The notes below the pieces were generated by a model. The model saw only the letters and a list, made by a program, of their open reading frames with translations, was not told the origin of the DNA and did not search any database. Shown here in pieces: positions 22,453-36,087 of a DNA stretch of 64,000 nt; positions within the stretch are counted from its first letter, which is position 1; each line of letters opens with the position of its first letter. Source of the stretch: Paraphysomonas bandaiensis (Eukaryota > Protista > Chrysophyceae); assembly GCA_965644295.1 (NCBI GenBank), contig CBFFRP010000134.1, positions 124,001-188,000 on the forward strand, written 5' to 3'. Made by a program: the position numbers and the translations under genes.

Positions 22453-22680
22453 TATCTAGTATACAGTGGTATACCATCCATATCCATACCATTCTTTCAC
22501 CTTCATTCCAACAGGAACTTCACTTCACTTCCTAGTCTTCATAGTGTCGGGTGTAGATGCAGGGTGTGTGGTGTGGTGTTGCACTATAGACTATCATGTT
22601 AACACTCATGTCCCCGCTATACACACCCTCTACATACACACTATGTATCATCTCACAATTTTTACACTCTTATACTCAAC

Positions 22681-24774
22681 ATGAACAGATACATTCTACC
22701 GTTTGTTCTATTAAACGCTATTTCCACCAATGTATGGGCTGATCCAAAGCCTAAGCCAAAGCCTGTACCATCGCCTGAGCTATCAGAGTCTACATACGTA
22801 CATACTCTAGACGACTCATCCACACTCTCTTCATCTTCTCTAGACTCAGAGTCAGAGACATATGGCTATTCTCTCTCCATGGGTCCTGTATATGCGGCTG
22901 TGAGTGTACCAGATCAATCACAAGTTGAAGTGTTTGTATATGGAAGTAAATCAAAGGACTGGAAGCAGCTTATGAGTGTCAGAGTAGATGACAATACTGC
23001 TTTGCGTGTCGGAGAGGACGTAACTCTACAGGGTTCCATGCTTGCTATTAGTGTGATTCATTCGTCGGGGTTGTATAATAATTCCGCGATATCTGGACAG
23101 ATTGCGCACGTTCATACGTATACTGTGACTCCTTACGGTGCCCAGTTAAACGAGCAGGTGTCGATCTCGAATATGTTCGAACTCCCTGACTTCGACAGCG
23201 TCAACAACACATCCTCTGCAGAATTTCTTGCAACTGCACTGGCGTCTACCACCTATGCTTGGTTAAATGCTGTGTCTTGGCTTGATACTAATACTGGGGA
23301 TATTCAAGTCGGCGTGGTCTTCTCGTATCGCTCAGACATATACACTGAGTCATCAACTTCGTCGACGCCGACTCTCCAATCCCACGGAAATAACGGTTGC
23401 CACAACGGCTATTGCTCCCATACAGTACGAGAAGCTCTTCTTCTAGACACTTCAAGTTCTTCCAGGCACTCCTCTCTATCAGTTGCGGTTGACGGCACAC
23501 TAGCAGCTGTGGGTCTACCTGATGACACCACCACTGGCCCTAGCGCAGGGGCTGTTCACTTTTTCGCTTTTGGTTCCACTCAGGACTCTAACGCAACCCA
23601 GAGGTCTATTAACACGGCCTGGAGAGTTGACTCTATTGTGTATGGTAACTCATCTGAATATTCGACGGAAGGGTATGCACATTTCGGATGTTCTGTTGCG
23701 ACTGAATCGAGTCTAGCAGTTGTGGGCGCATATGGGGGCAGTGACAGCATCGCTGGGGCATTTGTTTACCGACGCCAGTTTGTCTACTCAGATGATGATA
23801 GTCAAGTGACCGGAGCGTGGGCATGGGTACTAGAGTCTATTCTTTCGCCTTCTGATTATACAGATGGCAATCTTTTTGGTATGGAATTGAGTGTAGTAAA
23901 TATATTTCACATTGCTTGTTTATTGTCGTATATTTTGTATTTCGTCATTAAGTTATGTTAATGCCTCTCTATAGGATTTTCTCTGGGTATATTTGATGGG
24001 ATGATATTCGTCGGTGCGCCTGGCAGCCCCAATAGCAATGGGCTACTTATTGGTGCAGTATATTCTTTTTATCCTAACTCCACGGTGGCAGGGAAATGGG
24101 ATGAGCACACTAAATACCTTGGTCGGAATGATACATCGGAGTACTTCGGGTCTGGGGTGGCAGGCTACAATGGACTTCTCTTCTTCGCTGCAGACCCGTA
24201 TCGTGTAGTGGCCTCACTGGGGTCAGACGATGATTCGGAGCTTGTTTCTGGGCGGGTATACACATTCGGCCATCGTTCCACTTCTAAATCTTCGTCATCA
24301 AATGAATCCGCTGTTTTCATCATAACTGTTTTAGCATATACTATCCTTGCGTCAGTTGTAGTCGGATTTATTGCACTGTTGGCGTACCGACGTATCCATT
24401 CTCGCAGTTACTCTTTGAAGCCGGACTCCGCTCCTGTTCTCAGTGTGAACGTACCAGCGGATAGCAAGGATGTAGAAGCTTGCCAGTCCCCAACAGCACT
24501 ACGTGGAGCACAAGAGAGTCCTGTGGGACAGCTCTCTACTCACGGCCCTACACGGAAAAAAGGTCGAGGTAATGTGTACTCTGAGGTTAGCTCTGCGCCA
24601 TCACCATCGCCCTCTACTACGACTTTCTGGTCACGGATTAAGATGATGGCAACGGGATATCACGAGGTAGAAGAAAAAGAGCCTGCAATAGCAGCTCCCA
24701 GTCCATCCCCTGTTTCATCACAAAATAACCAAGGAGCAAGTAACCCGATGCGACTACCCCCAGTAGTTGAATAA
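22681..24774 (+). CDS. Type I membrane protein with FG-GAP-like beta-propeller repeats
   Basis: Signal peptide, then repeats such as FGCSVA...AVVGAYG, FGMELS...IFVGAPG and YFGSGVA. A single TM segment (AVFIITVLAYTILASVVVGFIALLAY) precedes a Ser/Pro-rich tail. Intron at about 23896-23974. Confidence 0.75.
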
Positions 24775-25257
24775 ATTAAGCAACTGTGGTTTACTTCTGA
24801 TTTTTGGAGTTCCATGTTTCGTAGATTAGATATATAACAATATGATTTTGTCTTGCCGCTATTAAACATTCTGCTTTCAAATAATAACCTCGATAACTTC
24901 ATTTTAATTATTGTACTCCTAGTTAGTATATATCTGCCAGTAGTGTAGTGATATGGACTTCTCTCTCTCGTCACTCGTCACTAGATTGACATAGAAAAAG
25001 CAAATCTCTTTCACTGTCTCTTTATGTAAAAATCAATAATTCATGCAACAACTGAACGCACTATATTTAAAAGCTTACAAATTAAGTGTTGCTGTGATTT
25101 TCTCTTGATATAGATACAAGATAAACAAGCACAATAAAAATTGTAATCTTAATACGTTATTATGTATATAAAACTACACCGAAATACTTATGTACACATA
25201 GAAAAATAAGCGTAACAACAACGTATACAGTATGCATCCCAGAATAATATATTGGAT

Positions 25258-25377
25258 TAGGGCTAGAATATTGCGATACTATTATAAGATAGCGTCCCAT
25301 CAGCCATCAATAATATTGCAATACTTGTATAACTGGTCCAAAATATATACTTCTACATTGCTCCATAGTTACGCCTG
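25258..25377. mobile_element. Degenerate relative of the 74-bp hAT MITE
   Basis: ATATTGCGATACTATTATAAGATAGCGTCCCATC matches the MITE interior ATATTGCAATACTATTGTTAGATAGCGTTCCATC. The ends are eroded. Confidence 0.5.
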
Positions 25378-25712
25378 GTTCGAATTACATTAGAAAATAC
25401 ATAAGCAATTTCAAAGTCTACGTCATCGATATTTTGCAACATTACTTTGGCTGCTACGCTATTACTCTAGTGCAACGGTATTCATCCATACTACTTCAAA
25501 TATATTGCAGCGTTGAGCACTACTCCTATCATATCCTATATTACGAACATCACCAGAGAGGGAACAGTATATTGCTTATATGCATATTTCTAGTGAAATT
25601 GACGGCATTGCGCATTTTCAGTAGCAGAGTACTAGCACTTGTTACAAACAGCACCGCAGGTAAGTAATGGAGTAGTTATTAAGTTAACAAGAAGGCAAGA
25701 GATGGAAATAGT

Positions 25713-26314
<602 letters not shown>

Positions 26315-26819
26315 TGTCAATATTAATATGCTATGGTTGGTTAGATGGCTCTTCTTACTACTATAGCAGTCATATACATCACTGGAACTAACTCCACACC
26401 ACATTCAGTGAAAATATCTTTAAACGTCAATATTATATTTTCAGTTTACTATATTTATGATAGGAAAAAAGAGGAAGTAAGAATACAGTGATATACTGTG
26501 TGATTTGTAGTCAAGAATTCCATACATACATAATACGTCCACAGTGCTGTACGTACTTGTGTTGTTCAATATGACTATAAGGTACGACTGTATTCATATA
26601 CAGAGTCTCTCAGTTGTACGAGTATGTGAAGTTTAGTCATATAGGAATATCTCATACACTACTATGTATATGAAACTACACGTACACATCTCTACAACTG
26701 ATACTTATATATAGAAACATACATACATCCCTTCATTCTATTTCTACTCATCCTCATATATATATACACCCTTATTAAACACTATCCTTAAGCACATTAA
26801 TTATATCAATGTATATGAT

Positions 26820-28803
26820 ATGAATCAGTACATTGTGTCTCAGTTTGCACAATTTATTGATTGGCGATTAGTTGAAAGTAGAAGACAACAACCAGACAAG
26901 AAGATCTCATGGACATTTCATACACTTATACAACAATATTGTTTCAAATTAATGAGACTACTTGTTCAACCATTACGAGAGAGACCTCTCATCAGTGGTG
27001 CTGTGGGGTTGGAGAATTTAGGCAACACATGTTTCCTGAACTCTGTGCTACAGGTACTACCTCACAACCATATCACAGATGTGTGATATGTACATTCAGG
27101 CTCTCGCCAGCACCCCTTCTCTGAAGATATATTTGAAAGACATAGATAGCATATCGCGATTAGGACTGACTGATAAACGATATCTTCAGCTAACAAGTAA
27201 TATGCTGGGCTGTATGGAAGGTGAGAGAACTGGAAGCGATTTTGATTCGTTAGTAACCCGCGTTCCTGCAGCGTTGCGAAATTCAACCTCAGTAGACAAT
27301 ACGAAAGTAAGCTTAATATATCAGCAGCTGTCAAGGTACAGGCGGAGTCTTTGTGATAAGGAGCAGCAGGTTTACAACTTCTCATAAGCGAAGTCATTTG
27401 CTAAGCATTATGTTAATAGGATGCAGAGGAGTGTCTTCAGGCCTTACTCTCGATGCTATCCCTCGAACTTACTGAAGCTAAACGGAAGTCTATGTCCAAA
27501 ACATTCCTTTTTGGTCAAGGGCGTGGAATTGGTCGCACTGGTCCACGCGATGGGGGTGAGAGAACGTCCGGCCTGATAGCTGGAGATGAGGAGGATGAGG
27601 AAGCAAGCGGACAAATTCCAAGCACTCTACCTTTTGAGGGATGGATATCTAGGTACGTACAGATGTTGACCTGGAAATTGTATATTAATGGAGTTCTGGA
27701 TTTGTAGTACGGTGACATGTGCCCACTGCCAGACCTCCCGTCCATTGAAGCACCAAACATTTGTAGATCTTTCACTCCCACTCCATGCTGCTGCCCCAGC
27801 GGCATCATCCACAGCATCTGCCATGAATTCCAGTGTTAACCTCTTGGGTCTGCGAAACCTATCTGAACCTAATTCTAGCGGTATCTTTACTGGCGTTAGT
27901 GGGCCTTCCTTGAGCGGGTCATTTTCTGCTGCTGCCGCCCAGTCCATTGCGACTTCTGGATTCGATGGAGTCGTGCACATGGCTGGGGGAGGGCCACCGC
28001 GATGTCTGTCGGAGTGCATGCAGCGCTTTTCTGCGGGTGAAAGCGTGCCTGAAGTGGAGTGCCTACAGTGCTCCTATCTTTCACAGGTATGTGTGCTTCT
28101 GCACTCGTTTGTACCTGGCAGTAACATCCGTGGTATATAGGTGGATTCACTCAAGATGCTACTAAAGAGCTCGTGGGCAGAGAATACAGACAATGCCAAA
28201 GACGTACAAGCTCTAAAGGATAAACTTCGTGAGCTTGAACAAAGTCGCTTTATCGCCAGTAAAATGGAGAGCCTGATCTCTGGCCCACAGAGAGTACGAG
28301 CGAATGCAACTAAGCAGCTCCAGATATCTCGACTCCCTCAAGTTTTGTGCTTTCACCTCTCTCGGCGTACGTTTTGTGAAAAGACTGGACGTATGGTCAA
28401 GCTACGCCACCATGTTGCTTTCCCTTTGGAGCTAGATATGAGCGAGTACATGGGCACCACTCCGCTTTGCTCACCCAAATCCCAGCAAGATCGCCGCTCT
28501 GGAGCTGGATCGACAGGGCGATCTCATAGAAGTTGTGGGCAGTATTCTCTCACAGCCGTTATCGTGCACGAAGGGGATGCCGATTCAGGTTGTTTTTGTG
28601 CCATTATTATCCATACTTGTGTGATAATATTGGTGGCAGGTCACTACACAACCTTTGCGCTTGTAGATAAGGCCGGTGCTGGAGAGGAACCCATGAAACA
28701 GTGGATGCACTTCTCCGACGAGAGGGTATCACCAGTATCTGTGGAAGAGGTGCTCAGAAGCGAGGCATATATTCTTTTTTACGATGGGTTTACTCACGAA
28801 TGA
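26820..28803 (+). CDS. Ubiquitin-specific protease (peptidase C19, USP30/UBP1-like)
   Basis: Cys box GLENLGNTCFLNSVLQ, QQDAEE across an intron, CxxC pairs, and His box HEG..SGHY..W.HFSD. Confidence 0.9.
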
Positions 28804-29376
28804 GAGTAACATTTGGAATACTCATAAATGATTATGTAACTTTGTAGTACAGATTCAGTTACCATTCTCTGTTCTTAATAGTTTAGTGTAGAAAAATGTG
28901 CTGTTTATCGACAAGCTCATTTATAAGTCTTATGCATATATTAGTCAATTCCTTGGTGAACGCTTTGAAGTACTGTTTCATGTAATAAAAACCGACCTAG
29001 AAGTTTAAGCGTTTAAGCTTCTATGTTGTTCATGTCGTATTGTTCCTGGATTAGTAGTTTGACTACATCAACATTACTACTTTTATTACAATGGATACAA
29101 CATGTACGAATTTTACTCATAATAATACTACATATATTAATATGGCTTACGATTATACAACTTCTTGCTTTTTACAATACATCATGTTGGAGTGAACGTT
29201 ACAACGTTCCAATTAATTATTACGTTTAAGTGAAAATACAAAGAGCACGAGAAATGAGAAATGATATCAACGATTTTAAAACGAGACACCTAGTAGTCTA
29301 AAGATAAACAAACACATAACTAACACTTGGGAGCATAGTAATGTACATCCGCATCTACAGATACGACAACACAGTT

Positions 29377-29994
29377 TCAGAACAGCCCTTTTTCCTTCTT
29401 CATGCGCAAACGTTTGTATCGACACTCGTTCTTAAACGCTTCCTAACTCACCATAAGAAAACGAATATACAGAGCGAAATACACACACTTTTGACATCCC
29501 AAATACAGCAAAAAAATCATCGGGACTGAGATATTCTTCTCTCCTTGATGGTTCTACTCCTTCAGGCCAATCTACACCCTGAAGCAAGCACTTCAGTGGA
29601 TAGTACCCCTGACTCATCTCATTTTCAGATATGTTAACACGTTCCTTCTGAAGTACTTCTCCCTGATGCATATATGTGTCATAAGCATAAGTACAACTGG
29701 TGGAGAGTGTGTGACCTTAGCAGATAATCTTCTCTCAGCAGCTAATCGCTCATTATGAGCCCGCATCATTCCAGTATAATCACTCTCATCAAGATACTCT
29801 TTCAAGTGTTTATCTCCAAATCTCTCTAAAAAGAAAGCAAATCGATCCCGTATATAAGTCGCGCATATCACTTTAAGATGCCCGTTACCGATAGTCTCAG
29901 AGAGACCATACAGCTCAAGAACATCCTGTTTGCGTGACTTTAATATCACATCTGCGCATAGGTCCTGTAATGAAGGAATCTGACATGGCTCCAT
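29377..29994 (-). CDS. Small protein with BC-box/BACK-like N-terminus and C-terminal villin headpiece
   Basis: N-terminus IPSLQDLCADVILK...LKVICATYIRDRF. C-terminus WPEGVEPSRREEYLSPDDFFAVFGMSK|EAF...MKKEKGLF*. Two introns. Confidence 0.8.
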
Positions 29995-30077
29995 ATTTGC
30001 TAGTGCATTATATTGATACTGGCAGCTATCACTCCTATATGCACAAGCTTAAGCAGATAGAGGTACCAACCACTTCG

Positions 30078-30403
30078 TACCTACCTACCTACAGTGTACC
30101 TACCTACCTACCTACCTACCTACCTACCTACCTACCTACCTACCTACCTACCTACCTACCTACATACATACATACATACATACATACATACATACATACA
30201 TACATACATACATACATACATACATACATACATACATACATACATACATACATACATACATACATACATACATACATACATACATACATACATACATACA
30301 TACATACATACATACATACATACATACATACATACATACATACATACATACATACATACATACATACATACATACATACATACATACATACATACATACA
30401 TAC
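30078..30403. repeat. (TACC)n-(TACA)n compound microsatellite
   Basis: Visible directly in the sequence. Confidence 0.98.
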
Positions 30404-30704
30404 GTATACAGAAATTTGAAATCTTGAATAATTTTACAATATGAAAGTTTGAACTTCTTATGTACAGTAGTAGTGTACCTGCAGGACCAGCCGAACACTG
30501 TATGGGGAAGAAGTATTGAAGTGATATAATTGACTACTTCGACCACACAGCAGCAGTGAGCATCCTCCATATACATATACATATATATCCACTGAACACT
30601 ATTGTAACTTTACTTTCTTATTGTATTCTTTCTACAGTATTCTTCATAGTTTAATCCCTCCTGTAAACTACAGTAACCTTCTCACATCACCCTCATAGTC
30701 TCAT

Positions 30705-31576
30705 ATGCACTCTAAGTGGTCAAATAACTGTCATATAATGATACCTAAATCACATAACAATCATATGAATCACATCCCACGTTCATATATTAAACAACGT
30801 AAAAGAAAGAATCAAATCTCTCCGATTATTAAACAATGTATGGAACGTGCCAAATCTTGTAGAGAAATTCATATGAAACGAATGAGAGAAAGAGTATGAT
30901 CCATATACAGATATATTCAGATGTTGATATCTTTGATTAGGTTGGATATGGATACAATGAATTAGCTATGGAGATACTCAGTACTGTACAATCATATAAT
31001 GGGATGGATTGGAGGGATGAGAGTATAGTGGATGAACTGTCTGATATGATACAAACTGAATATGCCATAATAGAAGAACAAAATTTAAATGAATTTCATT
31101 GTATTAATGATGAAGAGGAAGTTGATTGGACACAATTGCAGTTAAGTGAATATGATGAAAGTCAATTATTGCTCTGCCCCTTTTGCAGGTATGTCAAACT
31201 GCCTTCATATAAATTGATATTTACGTTTCTTTGGTATGGAAAGATGTGCAGTGATGACACTAGACGACGAAATTGGCGAGAGCTGCGAAGGGACTGTGTA
31301 TCGATGTGAACAGTGTGATGAAAGAGTTAAAATCAGAGGAAACTGTGATATTTCTCAATTACGAGAAGTTCTTGCGGCTGTGTTTGATAGGTATACTTCT
31401 CCGTATTGCTAGTATATTGTTAACTGTTGTCCGTAAGACATCATAGCTACTGTGCGGAGCGACAGGGTATGGCGAATAATTATAGTGACTCTTCCTTGGC
31501 ATTTAAACAAATTGATTATTGTCTACATGCTAGTTGCGATAGGTGCGGCTTTGAAGACGTAGTTGTTTTGTCGTGA
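30705..31576 (+). CDS. RPAIN: RPA-interacting protein-like (RIP/RPAIN)
   Basis: Basic helix QCMERAKSCRE..MKRMR, an acidic middle, then CPFC, C..C, H..YC and terminal C..C.FEDVVV. Three introns. Confidence 0.65.
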
Positions 31577-32313
31577 TAATCGTTGAACGGTTTATTTGTA
31601 GATAAACTTGTACGTTTTTATCTTGTTTGTATTGTGTTCAATAAGTAATATATTTGTCACAATCTTTTCGTTGCTTTTCTCGTATGTGATAACGTCAGTG
31701 TACAACATCTGTAACAGAGAACATATGCTCGCAATGCGTTTCTGCGACGGCAAAATATAATACATGATGTGTGAGATTTGGAAATTAATATGATGGAAGT
31801 GTGAGGTATAAGACTTTTGAGGAGTATAAAGTAGTTCACTGATACTATCGACACAGCATTTTTTTCCTGATGGCTTTAAGTTAGCGAAGCATTATATCGT
31901 AAATTATCCAATCTTTGAAATAAATGTAGCTCATTGCAGAACTACATTAATTAAATCTGCATTTCTTAGTTGTGTATTCTATAGAGTCATCACGTCGGTC
32001 AGCTAGTGCACTATAGTTTAAGTGCATTATATCTTTTCATCCCGGTATGATATATATCTATTAATCAGAGTTAAGAAACTATTGACTGTCGTCCTACCAA
32101 TATTGTATTCGTTATTCCGACTTGCTATAAATCCAGTATATTATCACAATACATTATACTACAACAAGCAAGGTATCGCACAAAATTTTACTAATAACTA
32201 CTTTATAGCATTGGGCTCACTTGCTGACTTTTTTACTATTGACTTTTTACATTACTGTTTCATCACTTTATCACTTCACAACATTCTCATAATCATAACG
32301 TCCTTCATTCTCT

Positions 32314-32360
32314 GATATCCTACTAGTATATAACGCTACGAAAGCTGCTTGTGCGTTAGT
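32314..32360 (-). mobile_element. Fragment of the ribozyme-headed retroposon family
   Basis: ATCCTACTAGTATATAACGCTACGAAAGCTGCTTGTGCGT matches 51259-51296. Confidence 0.7.
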
Positions 32361-32480
32361 AGCATTAGCATAAGGACATAGTGTCACGCTGTTCTTCGAT
32401 TTAGTGCAATATTGGAAAAGTATTTAGTCTATACGTTTTGGGTACTTATACATAACCCTGAATCGACATCTATTCTATCC

Positions 32481-33213
32481 CAGGGCCTGGTAACCGTTAA
32501 TGGTAATGGCTTTATAATTGCCGGGAACTGGGCTACCATTAATGGGCCTTTAATGGAAGTACTGGTACGTGATATTATATATACTATGCTATATATATAG
32601 AACTAAAAGTGAAACCTGAACAATAATGTTAAGCCATGTTCATGCAATTCTACAGCTACTTTGTGGCAACTTTTTTCATTGTTATCAGCTACTTTCTTTT
32701 CTGAGCAAGCAAACTGAAATTACGAAAGATCTAAAGACGCTTAAGAATGCCAGTTTTCTCTCATTCGACAGCAATCACGACGAAGTGAAGAAACTGATTT
32801 TGTTCAGCGTGTTATTAACATCTTTATATTCGAGTCCAACTACCGCTGCTTGATTTGTATCGAAGCACAATCTAAAGTTGTTGTGAGGCTCTTTATGACA
32901 CCTGAGCGTAGAAACATGAATCCTTATCGTCTAGAATCGTTGCTATTCCTACATTACGTGTTGTGGGATGCTTGTATGCCCTCAATGAATCCCTGCAATA
33001 AGCTCCTGATGTGCCAGTCCCACCAGTGGAAGAACGAGAAGTAGTTCCGATTCGTAGTCTGTTATTTAACTAAATTAGTAATTAAGGGAGCACCACACTA
33101 TCTATATATTTTGACCGGTATTATCTACTTAGAGGTATTAATGGGACATTAATGGCCATTATAATTGCTGGGAACTGGACTACCATTAATGGGCCATTAG
33201 TTACCAGGCCCTG
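32481..33213 (+). mobile_element. Non-autonomous hAT deletion derivative, 733 bp
   Basis: 14-bp TIR CAGGGCCTGGTAAC. TSD TTCTATCC/GTCTATCC (7/8). Subterminal AATGG repeats. Remnant MTPERRNMNPYRLESLLFLH resembles a hAT C-terminal dimerisation domain. Confidence 0.88.
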
Positions 33214-33474
33214 GTCTATCCCATCATCTGGTGAGAATATACTTCTGCTCTGAGAAAAGTATACTATTCGCGAATATATCGAAAAATATTTTATTTAACG
33301 CAATATGAAAATCGACATATTGATACTAAGGTGTTCAAGTTTACCTAGACCAAAAACCATATTTTCCATTACATCAAACATGAAGAACGTATGAATAAAA
33401 AAAAGACCAAACAGTATTTTCCGTCACATCAAACACAAAGAAGAACACATATAAAAACATGGATTGAAAAAAAA

Positions 33475-36087
33475 TTATACCTTCTCATCACCATTTTGTA
33501 CGTTGTAATTACCACTTCGACAAGAAGATGACGTACGTATGCAACAATTACCATGGCGACAAGAAGAAGATACACGACTCATTACATCTTCAAACACACC
33601 AATATCAAGTGGCTTATGAAGGACCAAATCTGCACCACTTCTTATAAATACATCAATATCTTCGGCCATGATATTTCCAGTGACCCCGATAATTTTCAAT
33701 CTCGAAAATCCCATTTTTCTAATTGTCTCAGTAGCTTCAGGTCCATTCATATTAGGCATTTGGAAATCCATTAGAATGCAAGAGTATTCCCCCGCCCCCG
33801 GAGATTTCATGATATTTACACACTCTACCCCGTCAACCGCCTCGTCACAAATATATCCCCGCCGCCGCAGTAGATGGCACAGGAACTTTCTGTTAGACTT
33901 GGCGTCGTCGACCACGAGAATCTTTTTAGCCGCGTCATGCCGAGAAGCCGTAGAAAAAGTAGCAGGAGAGTTCTCTGGCTTCGTTGACGTGGACAAATCA
34001 GTAACGTTTAGGCTCATCTCATCGTCCGGTAACAATGGCCGCCGCGATATTATGACGGGAAGCTCTACATTGAAGGTTGACCCTGTCCCATTACCCTCAG
34101 AAACAGCCCATATATTCCCTTGGTGTAACTCCACAATGCTTTTCGATATCCACAGTCCCAGTCCACTGCCCTGTCCACCCTGTAGTTCATTCGGATTGAA
34201 CTGCACACCCTCACCAAAAAGTTGTTTTTGATTCTCTTTCGATATGCCCGGGCCACTGTCTTTCACGGATACGAGCACTGCACCGGCCGCTTGGCCCCCA
34301 ACTTCCCCCGACACTGGAGGGATCAGTGAACTCTGCTTGTCCCATTGGATACAAACTTCTATGTAACCACCATGGGGAGTAAATTTGAGAGCATTGGATA
34401 CAATATTACGAATGACTTGAGCGAGTCTCGCCCGGTCTCCGATAACGTATAGTAGGGAGAGGTTTCCAGAGTCTTCAGTATTAACTATTTCGTCACTTTG
34501 GTCACCACATGTCACTGTCAAGTTGATGCCTGCGTGCACAGCCTGAATGAAAAAGGGGTGCACTGTCTGCTCAATAAATCGAAAAATATTAACAGGCTTT
34601 AGCTCGATCTCCAGTTTCCCCATTGTGATTTTGTCGTACTGCAAGAGGTCATTGAGCACTGTTACCGCAACATCTGTGTTTTCTTTTATCTCTCCAGTGA
34701 TATGTAGCAGCTTGTCATCTCGGGCCGTGAGTGCTTCCTTCGTGCTACCGCTAACATAATGTTCAAATAGCTGCGTTTCGTCCGAACAGCTAGGGTCACC
34801 TACTCGTATCTCATCCTCCAATAACTTCAGCCCCATTGTAACTGTGTTGAGAGGAGTACGGATCTCATGAGAAACCAGTCGAACGAATGCTCGCTTAGCA
34901 CTGAGGACTTGTTTCTTCGCTGTGCTCTCTTTGTGCACGTAGTAGTCATATGTAAAAAACACAATGGATGTCAGCAGCACGATACCTACGCTCACCAAAG
35001 AGACTGTAATCGGAAGTTCTGTACGGAAAGATCTTCTCATATCTTCTGTCGGGTACAATGATAGTACATAGTTTCCAGACATCATTGCCATTGAAGTCTC
35101 AATGTGGAGTGATTTTTCAACCACAAAGTGAGAAAAGTGCCTATCGTGGAGATCGCCTTTGCCCTTCAGGTGCAACCCCCCTTCACCTACTGAAAACGTA
35201 TACTGCTGGGTGACCGTCGTCACCACCAGATCCATATCTCTTACTCTACTTGGTTTGAGGTCCTCCACGAAAGTTTCCCACTGAAAAAGCGCAGCCTGGA
35301 ATCCCACCACTGTGCCATTTCCGTAAAACGGAAAAACTGGCGCTAGAATGACAGACACTAGTCCTAAACTGTTGGAAGCAATGAAGTCTGTTAATACAGT
35401 ACATTGTATATGACCAGCATCCACGCAATCCAACACTTTATCCATGCCTATCCCGATGGACATGTCTGAGTGAACATTGAACATTCTCCAGCCTTGGAAC
35501 ACTGATTCATCGTTGTAATGCAGCACTGGGGTGTGTATGTTTCTAGTGCTGAAGGGGGTTTCTCCTGTTGTGTCGTGATAAACTCCAGTAGAATTGATGG
35601 AAAATATAGTTAACTCCTCGCCATATATAGCTGACACGTACGACTCAAAAGAAGACACCATATCGGGATATACTATAGGCATACTCGCTGTCACCACCCT
35701 TGCAATATCTTTGAAACTGTCACTAATGAAATTGTATCCAGATACGAACGCATTCGGCCAAGAATGAACGTAAGGATAAGTAAGGCCAACAACTTTAGAC
35801 ATAGCCTCCGCTGAATATGTAGCTCGTATAAGGGCAGAATCAATTGCAGCCATGCCTTCACTTGATGCCAAGCTATACTGTGAACGAAATGTTCGATCTT
35901 CAGCAGTCTTTAAAAGACTATAAGCAAATGATCCACATAGAGCCGCAGTAATACTTAAACTGAGAAAGACGAGTGCCCTCAGAACAACTAGTTGAGAGAT
36001 ATGAATGTTCTGACATGTGCTGTGCTCGTGTGATATATCAGATAAGTCTGATACATCAGTCACAGATATCCTTCTTCTTCCTTTCAT
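33475..36087 (-). CDS. Membrane-bound hybrid sensor histidine kinase/response regulator, intronless
   Basis: Two TM segments enclose a CHASE-like sensor. H box SHEIRTPL, N box NALKFT, G1 DSGPGI, G2 GSGLGL, and a receiver domain (VVDD..LMDFQMP..KP). Confidence 0.95.
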   Translation of the reverse strand: MKGRRRISVTDVSDLSDISHEHSTCQNIHISQLVVLRALVFLSLSITAALCGSFAYSLLKTAEDRTFRSQYSLASSEGMAAIDSALIRATYSAEAMSKVVGLTYPYVHSWPNAFVSGYNFISDSFKDIARVVTASMPIVYPDMVSSFESYVSAIYGEELTIFSINSTGVYHDTTGETPFSTRNIHTPVLHYNDESVFQGWRMFNVHSDMSIGIGMDKVLDCVDAGHIQCTVLTDFIASNSLGLVSVILAPVFPFYGNGTVVGFQAALFQWETFVEDLKPSRVRDMDLVVTTVTQQYTFSVGEGGLHLKGKGDLHDRHFSHFVVEKSLHIETSMAMMSGNYVLSLYPTEDMRRSFRTELPITVSLVSVGIVLLTSIVFFTYDYYVHKESTAKKQVLSAKRAFVRLVSHEIRTPLNTVTMGLKLLEDEIRVGDPSCSDETQLFEHYVSGSTKEALTARDDKLLHITGEIKENTDVAVTVLNDLLQYDKITMGKLEIELKPVNIFRFIEQTVHPFFIQAVHAGINLTVTCGDQSDEIVNTEDSGNLSLLYVIGDRARLAQVIRNIVSNALKFTPHGGYIEVCIQWDKQSSLIPPVSGEVGGQAAGAVLVSVKDSGPGISKENQKQLFGEGVQFNPNELQGGQGSGLGLWISKSIVELHQGNIWAVSEGNGTGSTFNVELPVIISRRPLLPDDEMSLNVTDLSTSTKPENSPATFSTASRHDAAKKILVVDDAKSNRKFLCHLLRRRGYICDEAVDGVECVNIMKSPGAGEYSCILMDFQMPNMNGPEATETIRKMGFSRLKIIGVTGNIMAEDIDVFIRSGADLVLHKPLDIGVFEDVMSRVSSSCRHGNCCIRTSSSCRSGNYNVQNGDEKV

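Noticed and set aside
21619-22602. Long HTYI/MYVC ORFs here and at 29934-30582 and 45576-45998
   Set aside because: They are translations of (TACA)n microsatellites, which lack stop codons.
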